A program made the translations under genes and the position numbers. A stretch of 64,000 bases of DNA from Lama glama. Taxonomy: Eukaryota. The notes under the pieces were generated by a model. That model saw only the letters and a program-made list of their open reading frames with translations, ran no database searches and had not been told where the DNA came from. Positions 62,861 to 64,000 of this stretch are shown here, in pieces. The stretch is taken from positions 50,594,001 through 50,658,000 of the forward strand of contig CM052816.1 of the NCBI GenBank assembly GCA_028534125.1. The letters are read 5' to 3'. The first letter of the stretch is position 1, and each line of letters begins with the position of its first letter.

Positions 62861-63434
62861 AGACTTCTTTTCCTAACACATGTGAGTTTCTTACACATTT
62901 GCACACTGGATTTCTGGTGGACAGGAGAGATGTGAACTTGCATCCATATTTACGGCAGATCTTTTTTGATAACAGTTTGAGTCAAACTGTATCCTGCCTC
63001 AATTATATGAAGAAGGAAAAGTTCCCTCATGTTCCACAGACATGAGCTTTCCTTGGTCCGATATGACATTTCTCTAGGCTACTTAGCAACCTGCACCCCT
63101 GCTCCATACCTCACAGTCACATCAATTCAGTGTTCTGTGTGGTAATGTCGCCGTCACAGTATTATCCCTGGCTAACCAATAATGCAAAACCTGTGCACGT
63201 AGCCTCCAGTTCAGCAACACATATGTGAACATGACCAGTTGGGAAAATGATTGAGAATTATTCCTAAGACTCCACTGAAATTAAGCGGGAGTGTGACAAG
63301 AACACATTTGTGCTTTAGGAACTTATTTCTTGAAGAGGGATCATTCAGATACATTGTGGTCAGAGCTTTATCTAAGAGCTGAGGGTGGAAGGCAGTGTGT
63401 ATTCATAAATAAATCTGTATAAAATAATTTTAGA

Positions 63435-63700
63435 AGGCAGTATAGCACTAGGATGGAAAGCGTAGGCTCTGGAGTTATCAGCTTGGGTTTGAGACCCTAT
63501 TCCTGTAGTTACCGGTTGTATGATGTTATATGGCAAGTTATATAACACCTTTGTACCTCAGTTTCCTCGGCTGTAAAGTGAGGATTCTCATGGCACTTGA
63601 TTCTTAGAGTTGTTGTGAGGGATACATGAAGTAATATATATAAAGCAGTTAGAATAGTACCCAGCACAACATAAGTGCTCAATAAGTATTAGTATTATTA
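63435..63700 (+). mobile_element. MIR SINE, near full length
   Basis: 'aggcagtatagc..ggctctggagt..ggcaagtta..cctcagtttcctc..tgtaaa..gttgttgtgagg..taagtgctcaataa'. Confidence 0.85.
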
Positions 63701-63739
63701 TACTGGAAAGTACCATTTTTACCAGGAGAAAATTGATAG

Positions 63740-64000
63740 GATATAGGAAATGATAAGATAAAGGGAAATGACAAAGGAACACTTAGATTGTTGATCGACT
63801 GCATGATAAAGGAGGAAAGAATCTAGAAGGGGGTGAGATTTGGGGAAAGTCATGAAAGAAGAAAGAATTTCAGTGTCTCAGGCATTAAGTTTGAGGAAGC
63901 TGTGATATATTTATTTATTGAGATGACAAGTAGCCAGTTGGATATATATGAGTTTGGGGTTCATATGAAAGACTGGGCTAAAAATATAGATTTGGGGAAC
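63740..64000 (-). mobile_element. L2 fragment running off the window end
   Basis: 'agtttgagg..tgtga..agccagttggatatatatgagtttgggg..gactgggct..atatagatttgggg'. Confidence 0.55.

Noticed and set aside
1..64000. CRISPR arrays, prokaryotic operons, rRNA, NUMT or endogenous viral coding regions
   Set aside because: No regularly spaced repeats, dense ORFs, or mitochondrial or gag/pol/env-like peptides were seen; composition and repeat content are mammalian throughout.

Overview
Mammalian nuclear DNA, AT-rich and repeat-dense. It is very probably camelid (camel/alpaca/llama), judging from a Vic-1-type tRNA-derived SINE at 4388-4548 and artiodactyl-type L1 3' ends. No complete, recognisable protein-coding gene, rRNA, intact tRNA or CRISPR array is present. 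Almost all ORFs in the supplied track are chance or repeat-derived. The window reads as a large intron or intergenic tract filled with L1, L2, CR1/L3, MIR, MaLR/ERVL solo LTRs and hAT/Tigger DNA-transposon relics. The most striking structure is a ~2.96 kb composite retroelement (10466-13426) bounded by an exact 15-bp target-site duplication. It carries an L1 5'UTR and ORF1 but no sense ORF2. Its 3' half is a mosaic of antisense ORF2 scraps, two internal A12 runs and an older L1MB-type 3' end, which makes it a HAL1 ('half-L1')-like non-autonomous element. A second, more speculative signal is a series of minus-strand ATG-to-GTAAG segments (1748-1767, 2848-3029, 23008-23072, disrupted 36725-37027). 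All end in phase 2 and lie in repeat-free DNA, as expected for alternative first exons of a minus-strand gene that I cannot name. Repeat family names come from recognition by eye, and boundaries without TSD support are approximate.
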